DNA of 64,000 bases from a plasmid. The stretch lies in the sequence record NZ_CP090684.1; one strand, given 5' to 3'. Every line of letters begins with the position of its first letter. Within the stretch, counting starts at the first letter, position 1. Below the pieces are notes generated by a model. That model made no database searches. It was given only the letters and a program-made list of their open reading frames with translations, and had not been told where the DNA came from. The translations under genes and the position numbers were made by a program. Positions 1 to 10,217 of this stretch are shown piece by piece.

Positions 1-2151
1 GACGAGGCTGTCGAAAAATCCGCCAGCTTGCAACAAGAGTTCTTCACGAACATGCGCGGGTGCGGCTTCCATGACGTCGTGCAGCTCAATATTAATCAAC
101 TGGTCGGCGTGTATAGGCAGATCACCAATATTTATGAGCCGGCCACCGTTCCGGAGCTCGACCCTACGCTCGATCTGCGGTATCAGGTATTTGGCCCGGA
201 TCAGACTTTCGATTTCCGGGATCCCCACGTAGGCGAGATCAACGGGAACACGTACTGCACCACCGTCACGGTTAAAAAGTACCCCGAGCGTCCGTTCCAC
301 GGGATCATGAACCTGTTGAGCGGTGCACCGTTCAACTCGGGCAGCGTGCGCGAGGGGGGAGGCCAGCGGATCGAGGGGCCGTGCATCATCACGACCACGG
401 TGCGAGTCGCGAATCAGCGCCGCGAATGGACGCGTGTCGAGAGCGCAATCCGCTCGCGTCGACAGCATCAGCCCCTTCCCATCAAGCTCGGCGTCGAGGA
501 CACGCCACGCGTGCTCGCCGATCTCGAGGAGATTAAACGGCAATGCGCAGAAGACGGCACGAAGTTCGTCTATGTTTCGACGAACGCGTTCCTCTTCGGC
601 CGCGACCGCGACGAGGCGGTCCGCGCTGGCGCATCCGTCAAAGGCACGCTGGACAAACTCGGTTTCGACGGGCGGGATGTGGTCGCTACCGGCTTGGTAC
701 GACTCGCCCAGACCCTACCCCTGAACTTTTCCAACACGATCGCCGACGACCTCGCTGGCGAAGCGACGATGGCCAGCTCCGAGGTCGGGTGTTTGCTTCC
801 CGTCTACGGCGACTATCTCGGAAACGTCAACTCCGACTTTCCGCTGACGGGGATGGCCTACCCAACGCGTCGCGGGACGATGCACTACTTCGATCCGTAT
901 GTCAGCAACTCCAACTTCAACGGTGTTATGGCCGCTGAATCGGGTGTAGGCAAGTCGTTCAGTCTCCAAGCCAAGATAACCGCGGAGCTCGCCGAGGGCG
1001 ACAACATTGTTCTATTCGACAACGGCCGCAGCAGCCTGAAGTTCTGCGCACTCATCGGGGGAGAATATAACGAATTCGGTGGCGCTAAAGCTTGGCGGCC
1101 ATCGCTGCAGCCGTTCTCCAACCTGACAGACGAGGAATTCGACGAGCAGCAAGAGACCATCACATCGCTCCACATGCTGATGGCCTACGATGAGGAAAAG
1201 CCCGATCCCGGCGCAAGAATTGCATTAAGCGAAGCCGTCAAGGCTGCATGGGGGCAGCGCGGCAAGGATGCCGAAGTTTCGACGACGATCGCCTGTCTGC
1301 AGGCAATCGTCGAATCCGCTGCAGAGAACCAGATTCAGAACCAAGTCCACGTCGCCGCGGCCAACCTCATCCCTCGGCTCAAGGCTTTCGTTGACTCGCC
1401 GACCCGGGGCCCGTATTTCCGCGGTCCGAGCACACTCGACCCGAAAGCGCAGTTCACCGTTTTCGAACTCGCCGGACTCGGCGACGACAACCACCTCAAG
1501 CGAGTCGTCCTGTTCTGCTGCGTCAACATCCTGCTTTCCCGCATCAAGAAGTTCAAGGGACGAAAGCGCATCTATGTCGACGAGGCCCAAGACCTTTTTT
1601 CGATCGATTCGGCCGCTGACGCGTTCGAAGGCCTCTACCTCAAGGGGCGAAAAAACGGTGTCTCGGTCTGGGTCATCGTCCAATCGCTCTTGAAGCTTGC
1701 CAGCTTCAAAGCGGGCTCGGTCATCCTCAGGCAGTCGGCATGGAAGATGATCATGGCGCAGAAGAAGGACGAGATCGACGCCGTCATCGATCAGAAGGTA
1801 ATGACCGCGTTCGCGGACGACCCGTATTTTCAAAAGCTCATCAAGAGTGTCGAGTCGAAAAAGAACTTCTGGAGCGAAATTCTCATCATGAGCGACAAGA
1901 CGTACGAGGTAGTACGTCTCTACGTCGATAAGTTTACGGCAACGCTATTCAGCTCGGAGGGAGCCGCGCGCGATGACGTGCTGCAGATGATGGAGGAGGG
2001 GGTAGGGCCTCTCGAGGCCGTCCGGAAGGTGATGGGGGACAAGAAAGCGCGCCGGCGCGAATGGATGAGCGAATTTCTAGACATGTGCAAAAACATCGAC
2101 GGCCTGACCTTCAATGAGATCGTTAGAGAGCTCAAGGAGATCGCAAAATGA
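1..2151 (+). CDS. traC: F-type T4SS ATPase TraC (VirB4 family), 5' partial; frame is open to position 1
   Basis: Walker A motif GVMAAESGVGKSF and Walker B motif RIYVDEAQDLF. Size and position upstream of the peptidase/traH/traG block fit MPF-F TraC. Confidence 0.85.
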   Translation, partial: DEAVEKSASLQQEFFTNMRGCGFHDVVQLNINQLVGVYRQITNIYEPATVPELDPTLDLRYQVFGPDQTFDFRDPHVGEINGNTYCTTVTVKKYPERPFHGIMNLLSGAPFNSGSVREGGGQRIEGPCIITTTVRVANQRREWTRVESAIRSRRQHQPLPIKLGVEDTPRVLADLEEIKRQCAEDGTKFVYVSTNAFLFGRDRDEAVRAGASVKGTLDKLGFDGRDVVATGLVRLAQTLPLNFSNTIADDLAGEATMASSEVGCLLPVYGDYLGNVNSDFPLTGMAYPTRRGTMHYFDPYVSNSNFNGVMAAESGVGKSFSLQAKITAELAEGDNIVLFDNGRSSLKFCALIGGEYNEFGGAKAWRPSLQPFSNLTDEEFDEQQETITSLHMLMAYDEEKPDPGARIALSEAVKAAWGQRGKDAEVSTTIACLQAIVESAAENQIQNQVHVAAANLIPRLKAFVDSPTRGPYFRGPSTLDPKAQFTVFELAGLGDDNHLKRVVLFCCVNILLSRIKKFKGRKRIYVDEAQDLFSIDSAADAFEGLYLKGRKNGVSVWVIVQSLLKLASFKAGSVILRQSAWKMIMAQKKDEIDAVIDQKVMTAFADDPYFQKLIKSVESKKNFWSEILIMSDKTYEVVRLYVDKFTATLFSSEGAARDDVLQMMEEGVGPLEAVRKVMGDKKARRREWMSEFLDMCKNIDGLTFNEIVRELKEIAK

Positions 2152-2585
2152 AAGGGATCCTTAGTGGTGGGCGTGTACCGTACTCGGTGGTGTGCCTGCT
2201 ATCGTTCTCGGTGTATGCGATCGGTTACCAGGCTGGACACCATGCGGCAAAGCCACCGGTTCGTGTCGCGATCGCGGAGAAGGGCGCTGTCGTTCTAGAG
2301 GCTGCTCTCAATCATCCGTCCGCTACGCCGGCGCAGATGAAGGCACTTATCACGGATCCGATTAACTCCGTTTTGCGCCAATACCTCGCGCAAGGTTTCG
2401 TCGTCGTGGACACCAGCCGAAACGACCAGGGTGAAATGACCGTCACTGCGCTACCGGCCGACACGGTGGACATCACCAACGAACTGCGCAAAGCGGCACA
2501 GCTCCCTCTTCAGAAGTCAGCTGCCTCCGAAGTCGCGGTAAGCGCGCCCACCGTTTCGACGAGTGCCGAGGGAGCAAAACAATGA
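2148..2585 (+). CDS. small single-TM inner-membrane protein, possibly TrbI-like
   Basis: 4-nt start/stop overlap (ATGA) with traC. Has an N-terminal hydrophobic segment. In F the gene after traC is trbI; no diagnostic motif recognised. Confidence 0.35.
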   Translation: MKGILSGGRVPYSVVCLLSFSVYAIGYQAGHHAAKPPVRVAIAEKGAVVLEAALNHPSATPAQMKALITDPINSVLRQYLAQGFVVVDTSRNDQGEMTVTALPADTVDITNELRKAAQLPLQKSAASEVAVSAPTVSTSAEGAKQ

Positions 2586-3109
2586 CGACCGTAAGCGAAA
2601 TCGATGTGGAAACTCCACGTCCCGGCGAGCGCGGCAAGTTCGCCGCGTTTTTTTTCGCCATCCTCGTGCTGGTGCTCTTCTTCTGGATTCAACCCCCAAT
2701 CACGTTCGGCTTCGACCCGCAGAGCGAACGCTGTCTGCCGGACCTGCACCTCGCAATGATGGTTCACAGACAGCCGGGCGAAGTGCACCGCGGCGATCTG
2801 CTCTTCTGGCGACCGGACGGCGCACTCGCTGGCTTCAAGGAACAGTACATCCTTAAGATGGTTGCTGGCACACCCGGCGATCACCTCACGATTCGCGCGG
2901 GAAGAGTCTTCATCAACGGAAAGCAGGTCGTGCAGGGCTTCCCTCTCGCCGCGTCCTACGGTCGCGACCAACGAGCGTTTGAGCGAGACGAAGTTGTTCC
3001 ACCCAATGCCTACTTCATGGTCGGAGTGCATCCGAACTCAAACGACTCGCGGTACTGGGGCTATCTCGATGCGCGTAAGGTGTCAGGCTATGCATACCGC
3101 CTGTTTTGA
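2582..3109 (+). CDS. traF: conjugative transfer signal peptidase TraF/TrhF (S26 family)
   Basis: One TM segment followed by the LepB-like motif HPNSNDSRYWGYL (S-x-DSR-Y-x-G). 4-nt overlap with the upstream gene. Confidence 0.75.
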   Translation: MTTVSEIDVETPRPGERGKFAAFFFAILVLVLFFWIQPPITFGFDPQSERCLPDLHLAMMVHRQPGEVHRGDLLFWRPDGALAGFKEQYILKMVAGTPGDHLTIRAGRVFINGKQVVQGFPLAASYGRDQRAFERDEVVPPNAYFMVGVHPNSNDSRYWGYLDARKVSGYAYRLF

Positions 3110-4106
3110 CATCGCGCGCGGTCGGCGCATTGCCCAATGGATCGCGCTCGCCCTGCTGCCAGTCTCGATCCACGTCGTCGCGGCGCCAGCGACTGACTCG
3201 CCACGGGGTGACGCATACGGCGATGCTTTCCTCAACTATCAGCCTTACGTCACACCAGCTGCGCCCGTCCAAGCCTCCGCACCCGCGTCTAAGCCGCCCA
3301 CACAAACGGCGCCAGCGCCAGCTACAGTAGCCGAGACGGGCCCCCAAAAAGTCGACGTAGTCTTTCTTCGAAAGGTTTACCCGGTGCTAGAAGAGCGGGC
3401 GATCAATGACCCCACCGACGCCAATATCTCGGCGTACATGTATACGAAGCGCATTATTCTCGACAAGGCTCAACGATTCTCTCAGAGCGTTGCGCGTGTG
3501 CTTAGGCAGGACCCGTTACTCGACGAAAACAACCGGGTTCCGTATGCCTCGACCGGAGCGCTATCTGTACGCAACGCCGACTATCAAGCTCAACAAAAGG
3601 CCGTGGAAGAGCTCGCCCGCATCGGCGGGCTTGTCGCCTTCGTCGACAGTACATGCCGGTTCTGCGCAATGCAGATCCCTGTCCTCGACATGCTCAAACG
3701 CGCGCACAAGATCGAGTATCTGGTGGTGTCGCTTGACGGTGCTCGCCCTAAGGGATTTAACGGCCCGCTCATCTCAGATAACGGTCTGTTTCGAAAACTC
3801 GGGCTGAAACTAACGCCCTCCATCGTCTTCGTTCCCCGGCCTCGCGCATATGTCGGGGCCGACGATCCTAACCGTTATCTGGTGGTGTCCCAAGGGTTCT
3901 ATGCGATGGACGAACTCGTTAAACAGATCGCGTACGCTGGTCACGATACGAAGCTGTTAAGCGCGGAGGTAATGCGCGATCTCAACGTCTGGGACCGTGG
4001 CGTAACGACTACACAGGACCTCAACAAGCTGAGGCTCGATCCGAACAAGCCAGGCTCGTTCCGCGAGATCCTTCAGCCGTACCTCTTGAAGCAATACCAG
4101 AACTAA
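3090..4106 (+). CDS. thioredoxin-fold F-type pilus assembly protein (TraF/TrbB-like) with a CxxC motif
   Basis: Signal peptide, a Pro/Ala-rich linker, then FVDSTCRFCAMQIPVLD (CxxC thioredoxin motif). Start chosen at internal Met77 of ORF 2862..4106 because the upstream part overlaps the traF peptidase gene; start is uncertain (3069 is also possible). Confidence 0.6.
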   Translation: MHTACFDIARGRRIAQWIALALLPVSIHVVAAPATDSPRGDAYGDAFLNYQPYVTPAAPVQASAPASKPPTQTAPAPATVAETGPQKVDVVFLRKVYPVLEERAINDPTDANISAYMYTKRIILDKAQRFSQSVARVLRQDPLLDENNRVPYASTGALSVRNADYQAQQKAVEELARIGGLVAFVDSTCRFCAMQIPVLDMLKRAHKIEYLVVSLDGARPKGFNGPLISDNGLFRKLGLKLTPSIVFVPRPRAYVGADDPNRYLVVSQGFYAMDELVKQIAYAGHDTKLLSAEVMRDLNVWDRGVTTTQDLNKLRLDPNKPGSFREILQPYLLKQYQN

Positions 4107-4116
4107 GGAGGCGCCC

Positions 4117-5598
4117 GTGCGCGTGAAAAAATTTCTGTTGATTGTGGCGATGGTCGTCGTGCCGCATCTCGCATTCGCCGGCATTCTGGCTGACCTCGGT
4201 TCTATGGTGATGGCGAACAGTACCGCGCCAGGAGCCATGACCACGAAGGATCGTGTTGGCGTCTTTATGGGCGCATTCACGATGCGTTCGCCGATCAAAG
4301 CAGTCAATCTCGTCACATTCGATCCTCCGCGAATCGACGCCGGCTGCGGCGGTATCGACCTCTACGGTGGATCCTTCAGTTTCATCAACAGTCAGCAGCT
4401 AATTCAGATTTTCCGGCAGGTAGCCGCCGACGCGGCCGGGCTCGCGTTCAAAGCGGCGATCAAGTCAATCTCCCCCTCGCTCGACGCGTTGATCACCGAG
4501 TTTCAGACGCTGCTGCAAAATCTGAACAACCTTGCGAAGAACTCCTGCCAGATGGCGCACCTCATTGTTGATCCGATCGACAACGCTCTTTCCAACGCGG
4601 TGAACGGCGATGGCAATACAGGTGGAACCAACTCGAATATGTTCACAGATGTGATGGGCGGTCTCAAGAGCTACCTCTCCGACGCCAACTCGTACTTCAA
4701 GAATCAGTCTGCGAACAATCCGAAGAGCGGGAACCCTCTGGTGAAGAAGGTAGTCGCGTCCGGCGCGTCGTCGATCATGGGACTCGCCGGCTTACCGAAC
4801 GTCGACGGGAGCAGCGATAACCCATCCGATCCGAACAGTCTGAACAACATGGTGCTTTACGCACTGCTTGGCTACAACATCGATGCCGCGCCGTGTAACA
4901 GCCTTAATCAGGCGGGGCAGGGCATCCAGTCGTCACGTCCCGCCAACAACACCATTGGCCAAGTGACGTGTTCGGGGCCGGCCGTGATGACCCTCGACGA
5001 CTTGGTGAAGGGTGGCGGAACCGGGTCGCTTCGCCCCGATGTACCTCTGCAGCTTTATCGCTGCGCGAACCCCAACGGGAGTGTTTTTGGGGGCGTTGAT
5101 AACCAAATCTGTACGCAGATGCAGGTCATCTCCTTCAATTACGTTGGCATCGAGGGATGGGTTAACTCAATGCTGTTCGGCTCGGTTGACCCGGCGCTCT
5201 CCGTGGCGGGAAACTCGATCGTCGGTCAAATCAATAGCGTGAATTCGACCACCTTCTCCGCTCAGCAGGTCGCCTTCATGAAGCAAGCAGGCGTTCCGCT
5301 CGCGGGGCTCCTATCCAAGACGTCGAACACCGCGACCCGCGTCGCTATCGCGCAGCGGCTGGCTCCCCATATCGTCGACTGCGTGGCGGCTCGAATCGGT
5401 GAGGTCCTCTACAAGGGCGCAAACCTCATCCAAACGACACCTGGGTATGACCTCACCGACGATCAGAAGGACCGTATCAAGACGCTTCGAACCGACTATC
5501 TCGCCAAGCAGAACGCCTGCAATAACAGCGATGCACTTCTCCGGATCATCACTGAGATCAACGAAGGGACGCGCTTCGTGAATACCAACATCAAGTAA
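4117..5598 (+). CDS. traH: F-type pilus assembly protein TraH
   Basis: Signal peptide plus the conserved GCGGIDLYGGSFSFI block typical of TraH. ~490 aa. Sits between the TraF-like gene and traG as in F/SXT. Confidence 0.8.
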   Translation: MRVKKFLLIVAMVVVPHLAFAGILADLGSMVMANSTAPGAMTTKDRVGVFMGAFTMRSPIKAVNLVTFDPPRIDAGCGGIDLYGGSFSFINSQQLIQIFRQVAADAAGLAFKAAIKSISPSLDALITEFQTLLQNLNNLAKNSCQMAHLIVDPIDNALSNAVNGDGNTGGTNSNMFTDVMGGLKSYLSDANSYFKNQSANNPKSGNPLVKKVVASGASSIMGLAGLPNVDGSSDNPSDPNSLNNMVLYALLGYNIDAAPCNSLNQAGQGIQSSRPANNTIGQVTCSGPAVMTLDDLVKGGGTGSLRPDVPLQLYRCANPNGSVFGGVDNQICTQMQVISFNYVGIEGWVNSMLFGSVDPALSVAGNSIVGQINSVNSTTFSAQQVAFMKQAGVPLAGLLSKTSNTATRVAIAQRLAPHIVDCVAARIGEVLYKGANLIQTTPGYDLTDDQKDRIKTLRTDYLAKQNACNNSDALLRIITEINEGTRFVNTNIK

Positions 5599-5611
5599 AC
5601 CGGGGAAACTG

Positions 5612-8600
5612 ATGGCTATTCCAACTCTCACAATCTATTCCGCGACTGCGGACCCAACCACCCTGCGTGCCATCCTGGACAGCGTCGCAATGGTATGCAA
5701 GAACAACCTAATGGTTTGGGGTTTTGCCGTGATGGTGGCGCTATGGCGCCTGAGCGCGTCGACCGCTGCTGCCGCGCTGCGGTCGGCATCGGGACAGGGA
5801 GGGGCAGTTCTTGGAAATGGTGCGTTGAGCGCGGCGATGCCCTTTATCCTGGCCACGGTGCTTACAAACCCGATGTTGAAAAGCACGGTTCAGATCGAGT
5901 CAACGGTCAACGGGAGCCTTACTGAAGTCGACAATGTGCCGCTTGCGATCTCGATCATCCCGGTCGCTGGCAGCGTTCTATCAATGGACCTGAACGACAC
6001 CGTTTCGACAGCGTTCCAGCGTGCGAGCGCGGAGTATCCGACGATCTCCGCCAGTGCCAACGGCTTTCTCAATCCTCTAAAAGCGCTTCTCAGCGCCCGT
6101 ACGGCGACATCGCGACTTAGCGGGATTGACTCCGAGGTGAAAACCGTTCTCGCGTCATGCCTCGGCCCTGATTCTGGTGTCAACTACTCGAACATTCAAC
6201 GCCTCGTCATGAACGCGGGAAACACGGGGGCAACCAGCGCACAGTCGATCCCCGTCAATGGGATAAATCCGACAGCGATCGGCGCGCTTCTTTACCAGGC
6301 TTCGCTGAACAGTACAGGAAAGGTCAACGACATCGGCCTAGATTCGACCAACATTTTGTCATGCTCTGACGCAGCGTATCGCGTGGCGGACGACATCACG
6401 AACGCTCTGAATTCGCTCGAGTTCCCACGTGTCGTTCAAGGGGCGGTGAACGGCCTCGACTCACCGCGTCCAGGCGCGGACTACAGTTTTAACTCGCTTG
6501 CCTCGCAGTACTACGCAGTTTCCCGGGCGAATACTCTTGGCGGTGTGTTCGCCGGCGGGACCGGTCAGGCGAATGCAGAGTTCATGAATCTACTGTTTTC
6601 CGAGATGGTTCAAGGGGATTTAAGTTGCCTTCGTGCAGGCGGCGACACCTTAATTCAGTGCCAAGCTTCGGTACTACAAGCGGCTGAGGTCGAGCGCAAT
6701 AACCTTCAAGCGGCGGCCAGCGAGATTCCTGCCATGCGGTACGCCGGCGCCTTTGGTAACTACCTCATCGCGGTCATCATCGGCCTCGGGCCCGTCATCA
6801 TCATGTTCATGATGTTCGCTGGTATCGAGGCCGGCAAGTCGGTGAAGACGGCCGCACACATCATCGTGTGGCCGCTGTTGGTCAATAACGTCGGCGCCGA
6901 GATCGTCAACGGGATTATTTCGATCGACATCGCGAACTATCTCCAGGCACTGCGCCAAGGTGGGTGGCTTTCACAGGCCACTACGTACACCGCATACAAG
7001 GAGCTGAGCCTGCAGATTGGCGTCGGCTCTCACATCATGTCGAGTCTGCCGGTCTTGATGAGCATCATCTTCGGCCTGGGCGAATCGTCGGCTATGACAA
7101 CCGTCGCCACTAACATCGCACCACGATCCAAGGAAACGACTGACAACGTCGCGCCGGCGCCGCAAGCGACCCGCCCGATGTTCGAGGGCGGCCCGGTAGG
7201 AACAATCAGCCAGATGGGACATGGTGCGGGCAAGCTTTCGATGACTGGTAGCGTCGACGCGGTCTCGACGAGCATGAACTTCGGGAACATGGCACGCGAC
7301 GCGAGCCGATCGCTCACACAGTCGGAGGTACGCAGCCACAATCTCAGCGCAGGAGAGTCCAACCTCGCCGAATTTCGCCGCGCGTTCTCGACGGGCGATT
7401 TCAGCCGTCTCAACATTGACCGTCAGGTTGGGCAAACGCTCGCGGAGAACTTTAACAACGAGATTCGAAGCGGCAAAGAGCAACATGCCGGAAACGCGGT
7501 GACCGGTACACGCAGCAACTCAAATCGAACGACTATCGGAGCGGGCGGCAGCGTGAGCGCGAGCCTGAAGAGCGGCTTTAGCGCCGGTCTCGGGGCACAT
7601 GCCGACACAAGCACTTCAGCGGACGACGCGCTGCAACGCAACGATAACCGTGGCCAGTCGGACAACTATTCCGACTCGGTAGCGCTTAGCAGGGCACTGG
7701 CAAAGACTATGGCTCAGTATTCCAATACCAGCGCCGGTAGTCAGTCGACGTCTGAGCTGTCTCGCGCGCTGTCGACACAGCGCAGCTATCAGCAAACTCT
7801 GTCGGAAGTTCAATCCGTGAGCGACGCGGCAACACAAGGTGTCCGGGAGAGCTCGGGCTTCGTTAGCATGAGCGGAAAAATCGGCTCTGAGGAAATCGCG
7901 TGGCAACAGCGAGCGAACCCCGAATATGCCGCTTTCCAGATGACTCAAGGGCGCCGCTTCGAAGAGAATGGCGCGACGAGGCCGTACCTCCAAACTGCTG
8001 CGGCAGACGCGGCGTCCGGCGCGACGGGCCGTCTCGTCGGCGATCGAGCCGGGCAAGCGGCGATTAATCGGCATCGGGCAGCAGTGATGCTCGCGCAAGA
8101 CCAGAACGCCCGTCCCGAAGATCGAATCGCGGCCGCGCGCTATCTGGCTGATGAAGCTCGAGCTATGCAGCATATGAAGTTCGATCCAACGAATCCTGCA
8201 CCGATGAACCTCGAAATTGGATCGCCGCGTGATGGCACTGGCGTTAGCAGTAGCGAGATCGCACCCTTTGCGCGTCGCCATTTGCCGCCGCCCACAGCAC
8301 CGGCAGCGCGAATCGCGTCCACCACTTCCGCGTCGCCCGGCGACGACGGCGCCCATGAGGGGGCCATTCATCCTCGTGGTGGCCGCGTTGGAACCGTGCC
8401 GGCCTATCGGGGGCCCGGCGCTTCCAACCCGGTCGCGGAATCCCAACTGCCGCAAGCAAACACGTCCGCGCGGGCTGTTCAACCAGGTTCGAACGACCAT
8501 CACGCAGTACGGGCCGAAATGCCACTATCTCGGGCGCGCGAGTCCAAAGATCTCGGCGGTGTCACTGGCCGCCGGTCGACTGCCGCCGACACCGGCGCTG

Positions 8601-9034
8601 CCGTCGCTTCCGGTCGCCAGCCGTCCGGTACCGCGGCCGACCACTCCACCTCCGCGCCACAGATACCCCCCCATACTCCCAACGGGCCCGTTCATTCGCC
8701 ACGGGTCGCTCCGCCTCCAGTCCCCGAACAACTGCCGGCATTTGGCGGCGATTTCGAACGACAGATGCGCGACGAACTGGCTAGCCGAAGGGATCGAGTT
8801 AGCGCTTCGGTCCAGTCTGGCGACACTCAGGCGGCCAACGCCGGGCTCGACGCGAAGGGGCATGGCACGGCGATTCGCGCGGCCGCGAACGTCGTGGACA
8901 ATGTCGCGGACATCGGTCGCACGGCTGGCGCCGGCTCCAGAACCGGTCTGGCTCCGCCGGTAAATCCCCAAAAGGGTCGACCGTCAACTCCGAGCGCTAA
9001 CCCGGATTTAACGCCTGGAAAAAGAGGGAATTGA
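5612..9034 (+). CDS. traG: mating pair stabilisation protein TraG (F-type) with a long low-complexity C-terminal tail
   Basis: 1140 aa. N-terminal polytopic membrane domain followed by a large periplasmic domain. The last ~280 aa are Pro/Ala/Gly/Arg-rich low complexity. Position after traH matches F/SXT order. Confidence 0.8.
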   Translation: MAIPTLTIYSATADPTTLRAILDSVAMVCKNNLMVWGFAVMVALWRLSASTAAAALRSASGQGGAVLGNGALSAAMPFILATVLTNPMLKSTVQIESTVNGSLTEVDNVPLAISIIPVAGSVLSMDLNDTVSTAFQRASAEYPTISASANGFLNPLKALLSARTATSRLSGIDSEVKTVLASCLGPDSGVNYSNIQRLVMNAGNTGATSAQSIPVNGINPTAIGALLYQASLNSTGKVNDIGLDSTNILSCSDAAYRVADDITNALNSLEFPRVVQGAVNGLDSPRPGADYSFNSLASQYYAVSRANTLGGVFAGGTGQANAEFMNLLFSEMVQGDLSCLRAGGDTLIQCQASVLQAAEVERNNLQAAASEIPAMRYAGAFGNYLIAVIIGLGPVIIMFMMFAGIEAGKSVKTAAHIIVWPLLVNNVGAEIVNGIISIDIANYLQALRQGGWLSQATTYTAYKELSLQIGVGSHIMSSLPVLMSIIFGLGESSAMTTVATNIAPRSKETTDNVAPAPQATRPMFEGGPVGTISQMGHGAGKLSMTGSVDAVSTSMNFGNMARDASRSLTQSEVRSHNLSAGESNLAEFRRAFSTGDFSRLNIDRQVGQTLAENFNNEIRSGKEQHAGNAVTGTRSNSNRTTIGAGGSVSASLKSGFSAGLGAHADTSTSADDALQRNDNRGQSDNYSDSVALSRALAKTMAQYSNTSAGSQSTSELSRALSTQRSYQQTLSEVQSVSDAATQGVRESSGFVSMSGKIGSEEIAWQQRANPEYAAFQMTQGRRFEENGATRPYLQTAAADAASGATGRLVGDRAGQAAINRHRAAVMLAQDQNARPEDRIAAARYLADEARAMQHMKFDPTNPAPMNLEIGSPRDGTGVSSSEIAPFARRHLPPPTAPAARIASTTSASPGDDGAHEGAIHPRGGRVGTVPAYRGPGASNPVAESQLPQANTSARAVQPGSNDHHAVRAEMPLSRARESKDLGGVTGRRSTAADTGAAVASGRQPSGTAADHSTSAPQIPPHTPNGPVHSPRVAPPPVPEQLPAFGGDFERQMRDELASRRDRVSASVQSGDTQAANAGLDAKGHGTAIRAAANVVDNVADIGRTAGAGSRTGLAPPVNPQKGRPSTPSANPDLTPGKRGN

Positions 9035-9126
9035 AGGTTATCAAAGAGGGGTCGCGCAAGTTCAAGCGGCCTCTTCCATTCTGTGGTAGTCTCGTTGAAC
9101 ATCTACAAAAAGAGCAGGGGTGCAGA

Positions 9127-9321
9127 ATGGCATTCTTGAAACGTGCGGCGGTCAAGCTCCTGGCACTTCTAAAGCGAGTTTCCGCTGACGACGATTTTCG
9201 TGAAGATTATGTCGCGCGCGCCCGCAGGAATTCCGCAGGCGGCGATCCGCATAATGGATTCGGCATCGGCAGCCGCGGTCCGAATAACGATTGGGGAATG
9301 AATAGCCGTTCCGGCTGGTGA
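9127..9321 (+). CDS. hypothetical small protein (64 aa)
   Basis: Internal Met of ORF 9031..9321 with an AGGGG Shine-Dalgarno-like motif 8 nt upstream. Lower GC than flanks. No homology recognised. Confidence 0.2.
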   Translation: MAFLKRAAVKLLALLKRVSADDDFREDYVARARRNSAGGDPHNGFGIGSRGPNNDWGMNSRSGW

Positions 9322-9351
9322 ATCCCAAGTTCCGTTGTGACGTTCGCTGTA

Positions 9352-9397
9352 AAAGGGGGGTGGTTTCGCATGCGAAACCACCCCCTTCGATTTTTGG
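9352..9397. terminator. bidirectional rho-independent terminator between convergent traG and the HTH gene
   Basis: Perfect palindrome GGGGGTGGTTTCGCATGCGAAACCACCCCC, followed by TTCGATTTTTGG on the + strand and TTTTAC on the - strand. Confidence 0.6.
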
Positions 9398-9401
9398 CCG
9401 C

Positions 9402-9929
9402 CTACCAGTCGAAATTCTTCATGTCGGGAATGGCGGGCACCTCGGCTTCGGTAACCTTTCGTAACGCGTTGCGGACCGTGGCAGGCTTCACGTCGTACAG
9501 GTCGGCGATGGAGTCGATGGTCATGCCCGAGTCAAAGAGCCGCACCCAGGTCTCGATTTTTTTCTCTTGCGCATCTTTCAGAGTGACGCCGAGCGCCTTA
9601 CGGAAAGACGCATGGACGCTTCGGTGGCCACGCTTTTTCGCCTCCGTATAGGAGAAATCTCGCTTGCGGTACAGGCTATTCAGGATAGACTCGGCCTTCA
9701 CCTCATACATTTCGGCAACCGTTTCTAGAGCGACGCCTGACTCGAGGAGCCTGATCCAGGTGTCGTAACGTGCCTCAACCACTCGGGACGCCGGAATCCC
9801 AAGAGACGTGCGGTAAAGGTACACTTGCATGTGCTTTACGCCGAGCTTTTTCGCTATCAACGTGTCAGGAACGCCCCTGCTCAGACCCTTAGATATTAGT
9901 TTTTTCTGTTCGTCCGTCAGCATAAGCAC
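9402..9929 (-). CDS. DNA-binding protein with three tandem helix-turn-helix repeats
   Basis: Three repeats of a ~50-aa unit (e.g. TWIRLLESGVALETVAEMYEVK and TWVRLFDSGMTIDSIADLYDVKPATVRNAL) resembling sigma-70 region-4 / resolvase-type HTH. Confidence 0.55.
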   Translation of the reverse strand: MLMLTDEQKKLISKGLSRGVPDTLIAKKLGVKHMQVYLYRTSLGIPASRVVEARYDTWIRLLESGVALETVAEMYEVKAESILNSLYRKRDFSYTEAKKRGHRSVHASFRKALGVTLKDAQEKKIETWVRLFDSGMTIDSIADLYDVKPATVRNALRKVTEAEVPAIPDMKNFDW

Positions 9930-10217
9930 AGTCTTCGAGTGTCGCCGCGTGGCGGGAGGATCGCTAGATTACAACCACATAACAGTTGGTTCGGCAAGTT
10001 TTGCCGATCATTCTCCACCGAAACTGTACATGGCGGGCGCTTCTCAATAAAGGCGTAAACCCGGACCCTTGACGGCCACCATGGGGACGTCCAAGGTCAA
10101 ACATCCTCGCCCGTTCGCGCGAACCCAGCATGGTACCGCGCCGCGTGTGTCAAAGGGTTAATAAGTGTTAATAAATGTAATCTGGCCCATGCCGCCGGCG
10201 GATGCCCGGTCGGCACT

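Noticed and set aside
2862-3089. Upstream part of ORF 2862..4106
   Set aside because: Overlaps the conserved TraF signal-peptidase frame for >200 nt. Product is Ser/Arg-rich junk until the Met at 3090 where a signal peptide begins.
5635-8987. Many ORFs antisense to or out of frame within traG (e.g. 6674..6958, 6971..7486, 7616..8503, 8217..8963, 8525..8971)
   Set aside because: Arg/Ala/Pro-rich products typical of non-coding frames in 65% GC DNA. Fully contained in a long, well-supported TraG reading frame.
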